Source: Narcine bancroftii
Lineage: Eukaryota
DNA length: 64,000 bases
Direction of reading: 5' to 3'
NCBI RefSeq assembly: GCF_036971445.1
Contig: NC_091471.1
Coordinates: 129,332,001-129,396,000 of the forward strand
Shown here: piece after piece, positions 12,691-24,810 of the stretch
Numbering within the stretch: the first letter of the stretch is position 1
How the letters are laid out: every line of letters starts with the position of its first letter
Notes under the pieces: generated by a model
Seen by the model: only the letters and a program-made list of their open reading frames with translations
Database searches by the model: none
Told to the model about the DNA's origin: nothing
Position numbers and translations under genes: made by a program

Positions 12691-14615
12691 CTCACTAGTC
12701 CAATCTTTTTAAATTAAGCATCTGAAGACATTTAGCACAGAATTTATTCATGAGAAAAATGTTTAGAATTGAGTTGATTGTTGATGAAAGTTTATTTTTA
12801 AAGTGGCTGACAAGTATTCTTGCAGGCTGCACAATGCCTGATTTATGTGTGCAACATATCAAACATATTATTCTTATGGGTAGCCTAGTGTCTTTGATTG
12901 TAATGCTTTACTGTTGCAGTAATTAATCTAACCTATCCATTTGAGACCACTCTCATATATTCCTTGTGCTGAATTGGTTGAGGTAAGGAAATCTTGGCAG
13001 CTCAGGAGGTGTCTGTTCTATTCTGACAGTGTATCAGAATAATCCAATCTCTTATTTCAGTCATCTTTTAGACATGTTATTCACTAAGGGCTCCTACACA
13101 TGTCCAGGTGAATAACAGAGATTCTATTTTGCTATCCAAGGGAGTTGGGAGTGTACCTCGAGTCTGGGCCAACATACCTCCTTCACACGCAACCCAGAAA
13201 AAAAGAACAATTCTTCTCTGTGCTGGGAGTGGGAGATGGCCAAGTCACCATACCCAGCATTTTAATAATAACTATTGAACTAGTTGGCAGACAGAGGGGT
13301 TTGCAAAGCTATACGTAATAATTTGTTACAAGTTTCCTGAGATTTGAAACGGTTAGATTTTATCTTCCTGGAATCTCAAGCACTGTTATTTTGATTGTAA
13401 ATTGGGAAAAAACTTTTCTAACAAGCTAACAATATTGCAAAATTTCATTTTGCTACTAGACATGTGAAAGAATTTGGCAGCTAATTTTTATATTGTATCA
13501 CAAGTAGAATAAACAACTGCATTAATTCAGGATTTCTCATCTCACACAGGACGGTGTAAGATCTGCAAAACACAAATGCAAGATCAACATTTATTGCTTT
13601 AATATTCAAGATGAGCAGTGTTTATAAGCTGAATAGAATATTCACAGCTGAAACAAATTCCTTAAATTGAGAAGAGAATTGTAGGAGATGAAATCTACTG
13701 TGGTCAGTGTGTAAAGAGAGTCAATTCAATATTCTGTATGGAGGAGAAGCAATAATGTATCCTGGACTCCCATAGTCTGAACTAAGTAATAGAATTTTTT
13801 TATACATTCTGTTCCTCGGGCCACTTTTGAAATTACTGCGGATGTGAGTCTGTGCAGTGCAGCAGAGGTTGTGGGAGTGCTGCAGATGAATCCACGGACA
13901 CCCGGTATCTCTGAATGGAATCATTTCTGCTTCTTATTGTTGGTGGCACCTCTTTAAATGCCTTGACAGCCAGCTAAAATTGCCAAGTCTGTGTATTATT
14001 AAATTATGTATATCATTAAATGACAAAAAAGGAATCTTGGATCTTTAAATGTCATGTCCCCCACAAAGCTATGCTGTACCGCTGGAATTATGAGATTAGC
14101 CTGGAAACCAATCTTCAGCCAGAATTGATGAGACAAACTGAATGGGCCTTGCCTCTGGTGCAAAATTTCATAATTTCTTGATTCCATATCGATTTAAAAG
14201 GATCCCACTTAACAGGCTTCAGTGTAAACTGGCCCATAGTATGATTTACAGAGGCTCTTCAAACAACCTAATGAATAAAAAAACGTCAGCCACCATTCAA
14301 TTAACGGAGAAGCCCAACTTCGTGATTTAACATTTTCCAGTGCTTTTTATCCAGACCTGAAAAAACCCATGCCAAAACATGTAATGAGCTTCAATAGTTT
14401 TTCTAAAAATTTTTCTTCGTGAAACTAACAGGGGAAAAAAAATATTTGGTACCCTTGCTTTAAATGTCCTGCTTGACCAGCTCCAAGCAGATGTTCCCTG
14501 CACACAGAATGACAGTCTGATACAGCAGTCAGTTCTGTGCAACTGATTCATACCACACTGTGTCAAATTTGAAAATATTTGGTGAGAGTTTGGTAACAAT
14601 AGAAATATTGGCCCC

Positions 14616-16835
14616 TGTTGGGTGCAATAATTGCACAGACAGAAGACTGAGGGGAACGATAGGCTTTATTAAGCAAAGGACTGCTGTCCCGGGTCTAGGC
14701 TAGGAAAATGAACAGGAAGGAGAGAGGACTCGACCTTTATGGCCAGTGGTCACATGGGAAGGAACAAGGGAGGAGCTAAGGTAGGGAGACCCTGGAGGGC
14801 GGGCCAGCCATTATCAACAGTCATATCACTACATTCACCCCCCTTTTTTAAAAAAAAGAACCCTCCGGTAATTACAAAACCCAAGGCTGGTGAAAAAAAA
14901 CAGTAACTTTAACAATTAACAATCAACAACCTTGCAGAGGAAGTAGGTGCCCCCCCCCCCCCCCCCCACCACTTGAGGTTGAGCTGCACAGACGGCCTTC
15001 TCTGTCTGCCAGACCTGTGGTGGTTGGGGTGCTGGCAGTGGACTCCTGAATCACTGAGGAGTCCTCTGCAGCTGACGGAGCAGGTCATAGCTGGAGACCG
15101 AGTGCCAGGGTCGCAGGACGGTGCTGTGTCTGGGTGTCAGGGTAGTGCTGCGAACAGTCAACGGTGGTTGGGAACCTCCGAACACCATCGTCATGCTCCT
15201 AAACTGACTCTGGAAGTCAAAGCCCAGAGGATCGGCGCACAGAGGCAGGGCATTACTAGTAACACAAAGTCATTGTAACATTCCCCTCCCCCCCCACCGT
15301 CAGCGACGCAACACAAAACCCCCAGCTACTAGTTTGTTGGTCCTTGGCCACCATTGAAACCATCCCGGTTATGGGTCGACCGGGAGGGAGAGTCTTTGAA
15401 CCACATTGGGGTGCACGAAGCTTTCCATGCTGCCGCTATCAACAAGATAGTTAATTTTATGTCCATTCACCTCGATCTGCATTATTGAGTTCAAGATCGG
15501 GTGAGGACTGGTTTAGTTTAGAGTCACAGGAGTGAGAAGAGGCATTTCTCCATTGTCGTCATCGGTGGGGAGGCCCGCCCAAGATGGTGACCTCCACGGT
15601 GACCATGCAGCATCAGACGAAGAAGAAGCCAGAAGTGGAGTTGAGGCAGCCGGAAGTGACATCACTAGAGCGGTAGGCCAAGGTATCGAGGTTGGGAACG
15701 GTGGTCAGTAAGATGGCGCTCACCTCACCGCGCACGCAGTCAGTGCTGGAAGTTCTTCGGGGATGCACACTACACTGCTCACTGGCTGCGATTGGATCCT
15801 GCAGACCCTTTGGTAGTGGCCCCTCTTACCACAACCCAAGCACATTGCTCCTTTTGCAGGGCAGAGACGCCTCACATGCCAGGCCTGCCCGCAAAAGTTG
15901 CACCTCGACAACGTGGTTGGTGTGACTGTGGCTGCGGTCGGGTCGCTGATCCCCAACACTGAGTCCCAGGCTGATGGCCTTCATGGTGGAAAATACACCG
16001 TCGGCCTGCTTCTGCCCACAATCAACACCGCCTGGCGCTGGGCCGAGTCCAGAGTTCTGACCAGTTCGATAGCCTTTTTAAGGGGGATCGGGTCCTCCTC
16101 GAGAAGCCTCTGCCAGATGTAGTCCGACTGCAACCCCGACTCTGATCAGATGTCTCTAATCAGTTCTCCCACGCACTGGTTCAACGATATTGTGCCCGGG
16201 CCTGAGAGATACCCCAAACAGTCTTTTCCCAGTGTGACCAAGGATCAGCTGTACTCTTCGGCAGACTCACCGGGCTGTTGTTTTTGGGACGCCAGCAGGT
16301 AACGGGAGTAAACCGAGTTCACCTTGGAGTTATAGGGTGCCCATAGCTCAGCCATAGCGTCGGTTTAGGTTGTACAGCCTAGGATGGTCAGGTAGGCTTT
16401 CTGGTCGAGTTGTGCTTGAAGGATCTTGAGTTTCTTCTCGTCAGAATCCACCACCTCCACAGCAGCATTGAGTTAATTATTAAAACAATTCACCCACTGC
16501 TCGAAGAGTACTGATGCACCTGGGACTTGGGGATCTACTTCCAGCCTTTTGAGGTGCAGCAATTTCTCCATAACCGGAGAAATCTAAAAATCTTATTCAA
16601 TAAATTGTTGGGCGCTATCGGTAGCCCAATAACTGCATAGACAGAAGACTAAGGGGAACGATAGGCTTTATTGAGCAAGAGAATGCTGGCCCAGGTCTAG
16701 GCTAGGAAAATGAGCCAGAAGGAGAGAGGACTCAACTTTTATGGCCCAGGGTCACATGGGAAGGAATAAGGGAGAAGCTAAGGAAGGGAGACCCTGGAGG
16801 GTGGGCCAGCTAGTACCAACAGTCATATCACCACA
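14616..16835 (-). mobile_element. Internally deleted Gypsy LTR retrotransposon with both LTRs
   Basis: LTRs 14616-14833 and 16606-16835 (TGTTG...ACA); TSD GCCCC/GTCCC; polypurine tract next to 14834; gag from 16570 (MEKLLHLKRLEVDPQ) with double knuckle CNFCGQAWHVRRLC/CLGCGKRGHYQRVC; protease LVDSGS; pol end RSGRQRRPSVQLNL; no RT or integrase core. Confidence 0.93.
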
Positions 16836-16944
16836 GTCCCTTAGTGTAAGAAACTCATCGAATAATGGTAACTTTCTTCACATAATATGCTGAAATGATT
16901 TGCCCAACAAATTAAAATTTGTTTCTCCAGAGCATTAAAAATTC

Positions 16945-17110
16945 AGAAGCTGGAAATCTGAAATAAAAGCAGAAAAAGCCAGACACACTTAGTAGGTCAG
17001 GCAACATCTGCGGATGGAGATGAGGTTGACATATTATAGTTTGATGAATAGTTTCTTGCCTGAATATGAATTGCACTTTGTTTTTCAGATGCTGCCTGAG
17101 TTTTCCTTAA
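16945..17110. repeat. Penelope-terminus-derived hairpin repeat (decayed)
   Basis: GCTGGAAATCTGAAATAAAAGCAGAA...AGGTCAGGCAACATCTG with inverted CAGATGCTGCCTGA. Confidence 0.6.
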
Positions 17111-18674
17111 CAATACTGGTTTGGACTTTGTTGAATGTCTTTACTTGCCATTGAGACCTACAATCCTCAGGAACTTATGCATTTTTATGATGAAGCAGTC
17201 CCTGTCCAATCAGTTGGGCATGGCATGGCACCAGGGACAAGACCCAGAAGCAAAATTGCTGAAAAATAATATATATGATCAAAAGTAAAACCATGGCTTA
17301 CTACTATTGAATCATTCCAGTGCTTCTGAATATGCAATTAAAAATTAGCTGAAGCAAAAATATTTTTAAAAATGAAAATGATAGAGTAAGATAAGTTCTA
17401 TCTTACCTTATCTTTGCTTCATCACATCCATGAAACCTGCATTGAATTGAACTCACAGATTCCATGCTTGGCTAACCTGATGCAAGATCCATGCACAAAT
17501 TTCTGGGTTAAATGCAAGGAAATTCCAGCAGGTTCATGCTCTGCCATTGGATTCTTCGTAGAGTCCAAAGGCCAGATGTTGCAGGAATCTGTCAGTACAT
17601 TTTGGTCTTCCAAGCTAGGAACTGCACTATCCAATGTTCCATGATTACCTAGGTTAGTGCTGGCAGCTTTCAGTGAAGATATGTACATTTGTCTGCATGG
17701 TTTGGGCCAGTAATATCTATCGACGATGCTTCAATTAAAGAAAGGGAATAACACGCTTCTAAATCTGGGATGCCTTTTGGTTTCTGTTGCAACTTCACTT
17801 CAAAAGACCTTTGTAGGATATGCATGATGCAGTCTTACTTAGTACTCCACAGGGGGTTTATATGTAAGAGGATTTGGTTATTAATTCAACATTTGTCTAA
17901 TTGATCTGCTGCCTTTTCAGTCAGCTTTGGAGGTAATATGTGGGATTGGAACAGGAACTGAATTCGTACACACAATCAGGTCATGGTCCACATGTCTTGA
18001 TGGTGAACTAAGTTTCAATATTAAAACTTGTTGAGTAAGACAGTAACTCAAGTTAAATACAGGTATTGAATAAAGCATCACTCAAGTAACATATATTTTG
18101 ATTTCTCTTTGGTTTCCAACATTTATATTCTGGAATTTTGGACCGGTGGCCATGAAACATGGTGTAATTCATTAAAAATTGTGGCCGTGATTGTTCAAAG
18201 TTAATCATCTGTCACATATGTTAACAATGGCTCACTGACTCAATCAATCAATTCAGGAAACCGAGATAAAAGGGTTTCTTAAACTTTGATCTGGTGTCAC
18301 TTTCCCAAGTTTGGCTTCCCCCTGTCATAACTTACGGCCAGTGAGAAATGATAGGCATGCCCCTCCACCTCGACCCCCATTTCTGCCACCACAATACTTA
18401 AGCATCAGTTAGTGGAAGGGGATCTGGTGAAAAGGCATCTGTTGACCTTCTTGTACCTTCTTCTTTGTAAGAAGCTGCCTCACCTATTCTTGTCACTGGT
18501 TCCCCTGTTTTCCTTTAACATCATCAGAATTCACTGAAAGAACTTTGAATCATATTCAATAAAATGTCAAACTGATATACTAGAATGATAGACACTTAGG
18601 CAACCCAGCACAATTCAACTAGCATTTTTGTTCTCAAGTTAACCTGCTGAAATTATTTCCACCGCCGTGATCTC

Positions 18675-18962
18675 CCACCTTGGCCCCAGCAACCTACTTG
18701 ATTGAGCCTCCAATGTGAAATCTCACCTTGGTCCTGGTGGCCTATAAGACTGAGCTCCTAGCATGGGTCTCCACTTTGGCTCCAGAAACCTAAAGGACTG
18801 AGCTTCCATTGTGAATTTCCACCCTGACCCCAGTGGCTGCAGGGACTGAACCTCCAATGCAGGGCTCCACCTTGGCCCTGGCCACCCAAGGGCCGAGCCT
18901 TTGTTGTGAACTCTCACCCTGAACTCGGTGGGCTACAGGACCGAGCCTCTGATGCGAGCTCT
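18675..18962 (+). repeat. Six ~48-bp tandem units upstream of Penelope ORF
   Basis: Recurring CACC(T/C)TG...GAC(T/C)GAGC..C with 47-48 bp period. Confidence 0.85.
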
Positions 18963-20690
18963 CTCTCTGACCAATCATCACTCCCCTTACTCATTCCTAT
19001 CTCACCCCCTCTGAAGGCTTGGCCATCCGTCCACCCTCTCTGCTCTAATCCCAACCTCACAATCAAGCACACAGACAAGGGTGGCACTGTTATGGTCAGA
19101 CATGCTGACCTCTATCTGGTGGAAGCCAGACAACAATGCTCAGACACTTCCTCTTACATGCCCTTCCAACATGACCCCACCAAAACTCATCAAACCACTG
19201 TATCACACACTATCTCTGAACTCATCACATCTGGTCATCTCCCTAAGAATGCCTCCAACCTCTAAGTTTATGAACCCTGCACTGTCATTTTCTACCCCTT
19301 ACCCAAGATCCACAAACCAAATTGCCCCAGACCTCTCATTTCCACATGCTCCTGCCTACCAAAAGGTATCTGCTTATCTTCATTCCATTATGTCCCCCCG
19401 ATCCAGTCCCTACCCTTCTATTTCTGCAATGCTTCACATCCCTGCCATCACTTCAACAACGTCCTGTTCCCTGAACTCATCTACCTCATCTTTACCATGA
19501 ACATCCAATCACGACACACCTTCATCCCCCATACAGAAGGCCTCAAAGCTCTTTGGTTCTTTCTACACAACAGACCCAACCAGTCCTCCTTCACCACTAC
19601 ACTCTTCCAGCTAGCCAAACTTGTCCTCATCCTCAATAACTTCTCCGTTGACTCAGCCCACTTTCTCCAAGTCGAAGGGACATGGATATAGTGCAAGGGT
19701 CCCGGTATGCCTGTCTTTTTGTTGGCTATGTAGAGCAATCCATGCTCTAAGCCGATACTAGCAAGGCCCCTCAACACTTCCTCCGCTGCATCAATGTCTA
19801 CTTCAGTGGACCTCATGCTCCCATGATGAACTTGTTGACTTCATTCACTTTGCTGCCAACTTCAACCCTGACCTCAAATTCACTTGATCCATCTCTTGTA
19901 ACACCCTCCCTTTTCTTTATCTCTCTCTTTCCATCTCGGGAGATAAACTCTTGACAGACATCTTCTGCCAGTAACCCCCCAGTTACCTTGACTAACTCTT
20001 TCCACCCTGTCCCCTATAAATGATTCCATAACCTTTCTCTCAATTCCTCTGTCTGTCCATCTGCACCTAGAATGAGATTTTCTATGCCAGATCATCAGAG
20101 ATACCTTTCTTCTTTAAACAATGTGGTTTCCCCTCTATCAGCATCGACTCATCCATCACTCACATATCCTCCATTACCCGCACATCTTTCCTGAACGCTC
20201 ATGCCCCCACGAGTAACAAGGACAGACTTCCTTTTGTCCTCATTTTCCACACTAGTAGCTTCCACATCCAACAATAATCATCTGCCATTTCTGCTACCTA
20301 ATACTTGATCTCACTATCATCTTCCCCTTCCCTCTCCACTTTCTACAGGGACTGCTCCCTTAATGTCTACTCCTTAGTTCCCACCAATCACACCCTTGAC
20401 ACCCACTCTTGTGACCGCATGAAGTGCTAAACATGCACCCACACCTGCCTCACTACCATTCGGGACCCCAACAGTCCTTCCAAGTGAAGCAACACTTGTG
20501 AATCTGCAGGGGTCATCTGCTAGATCCGGTACTACTGTTGTGATCTCTTCTACATTGGAGAAACTAGATGCAGACTGGGAGATCATTGAACAGCTTGGCA
20601 CTGTCCACCACAATGCTGTGGATCTCCCAGAGGCCACCCATTTCAATTTCTTGTCTCGTTCCCTTGCTGACATGCATCCTCATGGTCTTA
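18963..20690 (+). mobile_element. Penelope-like retroelement (RT + GIY-YIG), decayed
   Basis: IKHTDKGGTV, LPKIHKP, IFTMNIQS..TFIPH, YACLFVGYVEQ, TCESAGVI...YIGET. Confidence 0.9.
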
Positions 20691-21639
20691 CACTGATCAG
20701 TTGCTGACTTTAGATTTTACCTTTTAAAATAGTTCCTTCTAATTTCTTTAATCTCACTTCTGACACCATGTTTCATCTTGTATTTGCATGTGTGAGTTCT
20801 TAGAAAACACATGGATGAAGGAAAAGGTTCTTTACTTTAAGGTTGTTGTAACCAGCACCATGAGGCAGATCATGAGGCTACAAGACTATATTACATATTT
20901 TGCATACTATGTGTCAGCCCCCTGCTGGCAGCCAAGTGTAATCAAACGGTAAGGCACTGCTCGTTGCCTTGCAACCACGATCACTATCATTACAATGTGC
21001 CTCAAGGGATCCTCCCCAACACTAGTGTCAGGGCTGAGGCGAAGGCCCTACTAGGGATCTGGGAACATGGAACTGTTTGGAGCAGGTCTAAAGGGACGAT
21101 TGATGATGTCATCAGCCTGCAACGCAGGAACCACGGCCTAACTGTTGTTGGGCACAGGCAGCCCAGTGGCAGTGGTGTCCTGCTCAGCACACAGGAGCTG
21201 TTGTGCACGGTCTCTCAGCAGCCTGCTTCAGTGAGCAGGCACACGTGAAGGTTTAAATTTCTCATCTGGTGTTGACACATCTTATGTGTTGAACAACCTT
21301 GGCGTTTGGCACTATTTGACACTTTGCTGAGCGGTTCCAGCTGGGTGGGGGATTATGGGTAACAAAGTCGGCCATTAATTGGCATGTATGTATGGCATCA
21401 TGGCACTAATAGCCATGCCTCCTGAACACCCCCTCAATGCCCCAGCCATCTCTAGGCTGAAAGGGGATACTGGAGCAAGCTTTTCTGGGCCTGCATGAAA
21501 AGTAAGAAATGCCCTTTCTTTCAGCTTTTAGCCTGCCTCCATGCGGAGGCCGACTATGAAAATGCCTAATACAGGTATCTGTCTTTACAATCATTTTTTT
21601 CCATTATAAAAGGGCCTATGGACTTCTCCAGTTTCTGTT

Positions 21640-21908
21640 AGTCAACCACAGCACCCCAACCCCCATCCCCAACTCCATGTCTCCTTTCTGTAGCTCTCTC
21701 TCTCTCTTTTCCCTCTTTATTCTTTTATCAGCTCTGCATTCACAGAGCCACCACCCCTCCCCCCTCCCCTCACCTTTCCTCTCTCATGGCCTCTTCTCCA
21801 TATCCAATTATCACCTTTTTTTGTCTGTTGGTTTGTACTCCTCCCCCTGCCATTTCTTTCATTCAAACACTACCTACCTTTTCCATATCCATATCAGGCC
21901 CAAAATGT
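21640..21908 (+). repeat. Penelope terminal-region fragment (pyrimidine-rich)
   Basis: Resembles the reverse complement of 30095-30400; ends TCAGGCCCAAAATGT. Confidence 0.55.
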
Positions 21909-22262
21909 ATCTGCAAATGGAATTCAATGTTCACACCTTGAGATTGGTCAGCAATGCACCCACCATCATACCACTCTTTCCGTGTTTTTTAGACAACAAT
22001 GTTGGAAACATTTGTGAAAATTTAACATAAATTAACATAATTACTCACCTTGTGGTCGTTTATACTGCACCCCTTAAGTTCCTGTGCATGTTAGTCCTGT
22101 TAGGCTTTTACATGGAACAATGTGGCCTGTGTCATCAGCTGGACATTGAATTCATGAGGTGAGTTTTTCAGGGCAATTGAGACTGTAGGCTTCCCCCAAA
22201 AAGTAGTAGGGGTACCACAGCATAAATCACTGTGCAGGAATTGACTAAAAATTCCTGCACTC

Positions 22263-23073
22263 TGTCGGACTCTGGCTTTAACTTACTTTTACTTTAGTCT
22301 ATGTGTAGTCTGAGTCCAGCGTGTTCTTTGAATGAAGTGATAGGAGAAGGTATTCGGTTCAACAGTCAATTTATTACACAGCACAAGAATAAAACTTAAC
22401 AGAGCTCTGGGTCACTCATTAGTTCATAGGTCACTTGCACAGTGAGCTACTCCCCAAGACTGACCCCTATTGTCCAGTTGGTTCAGTTTATATAGGTCAA
22501 CCTTATCATACAGAACAAAAGTTGGCTTCCTTTGCTTGATTTCATTATCATACAGAACAAAAGTTGTCTTCCTTTGCTAGATCTTTTTGCATAAGGGTTA
22601 TCACAAGTCATCTCCTGTTTTGCAGATATCTGGGGTGTAGCACTCCCATCTTAATCCTCCAAACCAGACTATCCTGTTGATTGGATCAGAAATTAATTCA
22701 TCCCCAGATATTTCTAATCACCATTCTGTTCTTGTCTGGCCAATTTCTGCTGTTCTCTTTAACACCTCCTCCTGCCTTAATCTTCCTCCTAGACTGGTTT
22801 TCCATTCCCTTTGTTTCTTACAGGCCATTCTTTGTTCTGATCTGGCCTGTGTCTCCTGTGCTACTCACCACCTCCTTTAGTTTGAGCATTCCTCCTAAAT
22901 CGTTTTATGCATTTCCTCTCCCTGTATTTTGGAGAGACAATTTTGCTCAGCCAACTTTGCTCCATGCTGTGATTGCCACTTAATCACATTCCTTTTTCCC
23001 TGAACCATGCAGTAAATATACACTTATTAATTAATCATTTATTTCATACTGTTTTAACCCCTAGATTCCAACA
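22263..23073 (-). mobile_element. 811-bp solo LTR (ERV-like or Gypsy)
   Basis: Ends TGTCGGA/TCCAACA (7-bp inverted repeat, 1 mismatch); exact 4-bp TSD ACTC (22259-62, 23074-77); minus-strand TATATAAA near 22490 and AATAAA near 22372; internal duplication TTATCATACAGAACAAAAGTTG. Confidence 0.85.
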
Positions 23074-24599
23074 ACTCTCCTATATAGACTGCCCATGTAA
23101 CGGCAAATCTCGTTGATTATGCTGTTACATGCCTACAGAATAAAAACCTTAAGAGTCTCCTTTTTGACTAAACATCCAATCTTTTGTATGGCTCTCACTC
23201 TGGACTACTGAACAGAAACCAATTTGATACACTGCTAGGTCCCTCTCCAAGAGCAGATTCCACTTTGCCATCAATCAAATATTATCTACAACTCACTATG
23301 AACAGATGAAGACGATAAGATGCTAGTCCCTGATCAAATACTATTCCAACTGAAGAACTTTTTATTTATTGATCCCTTGCACATAGTTCTAGCACCAAGA
23401 CACCAACCAAGTTCCAGGAAATAAACATCATTTTGCCTTCACTGAATCAAAGCAGAATTTCACCTATATTAACCCTAATGCATTGCACTCTTTGTGAGGT
23501 TTAGGGTTAGGGAAAGAGAAGACATTTTAGGTAGATGTGGCTTTGTTACTGTTGTTTCCATGATTGCCATGCCCACTTTGAGAGCAGCAGAAAATCTTGT
23601 TGATTGTTACATGCTTATTGGCAAATTTAATAGTTCACATGTCATACTAAGTATTACTAACTTAAACCTAAGCATGAAAGTCCTTTTACAGAATGGATTT
23701 CCCTCCATGATGCATCTACTTATTTGCAAATGGGATTCAAAGTTTGCACCATAAGATTGGTCAGCACTGCACCCACCGTCATACCACCTCCTGAAGTATA
23801 AATTGCAGTGTCAAGAGTTTTTTATTTAGAGAGTTTGTAGATGCTCAGCCACCAGACTAAAGTTCCACCTCATCAATGACACTGAAGAGGTTGTAGAACC
23901 CAGTGTCCATCACACTTCAAATTTCTTGCCTTCAATCCATCTTATCAAGGCTTCTGCAAGGTTTGAGTGACATGTTTGTTGCCCTTGAAAGAATTAGGGA
24001 GGATTTGTCCTCATGACTGCTCCAAAACAAGTTGAAGTATAAGTAGATTGAATGAAGTTTAATAAGAGCAGGTAGGCACAGGCATTATGAACAATCTGAT
24101 ATTGTTGTTAATTTTTGGCAACACACATATTATCTATTATCTAAACTCCGTGTTGTGTCTTGTTTGACAGAGATAGAGTAGACACTTGTTGGAGATTGGC
24201 AGCTGCTGTTAACACAGGATCCATATTGCTGATTACGATCAGTCATTATATCCTAGATGAATCAAGAAACCAGGCCTCAATGTTTCCTAGCTTTGTCATG
24301 GCTTGTTTGTTAATTGAATGAACATTTTGCAGTGTTGTCATTAAATTTGATTATGTTTAGTGCACGAGAACTATTAGAAGGAAATCTATTCAGAATCATC
24401 CAATGGTGGCGTTTCCTGCCAGACCAAGGTACAAGTAAGAGAATGGAGGTACTTTTAATATCGTGGAATTAAGTACAGTATCATTAGATGAGAGAAGAAC
24501 TTTCCAGTTCCAGTAGAATTTGTGTTTGACCTGGTTGATCTGAAAGGGAATTGAAAGTTCGAAATAACCAGCTGGTCCTCTACAGTTTTCTTATGAATT

Positions 24600-24810
24600 C
24601 TTACCCTTGCATTGCGAAATGCAGTTAAAAAAAACCCAAGACGCTGGAGAAATACATCAGGGCGATCAGAATCAGTGGGAGAAAAAGAATTGTGGATATT
24701 TCTGGTCAGAGCCCTTTCTCGATCATCCTCCTCTCCCACTGATGCTGCTCAGCTCACAGAGCTCCTCCAGCAGATTGTCTTTTGTACCCAATTTCAGTAC
24801 CTGCAGCCTC
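24600..24810. repeat. Penelope-terminus-derived hairpin repeat
   Basis: Inverted arms GCTGGAG...ATCAGTGGGAGA / TCTCCCACTGATG...CTCCAGC. Confidence 0.65.

Noticed and set aside
13721-13924. Short ORF in unique DNA
   Set aside because: No motif, no splice support
17400-17690. Minus-strand exon ending at AAG|GTAAGA (about 17408)
   Set aside because: The long frame stops before the donor and no product is recognisable; only a 30-nt micro-exon is possible, which is unsupported
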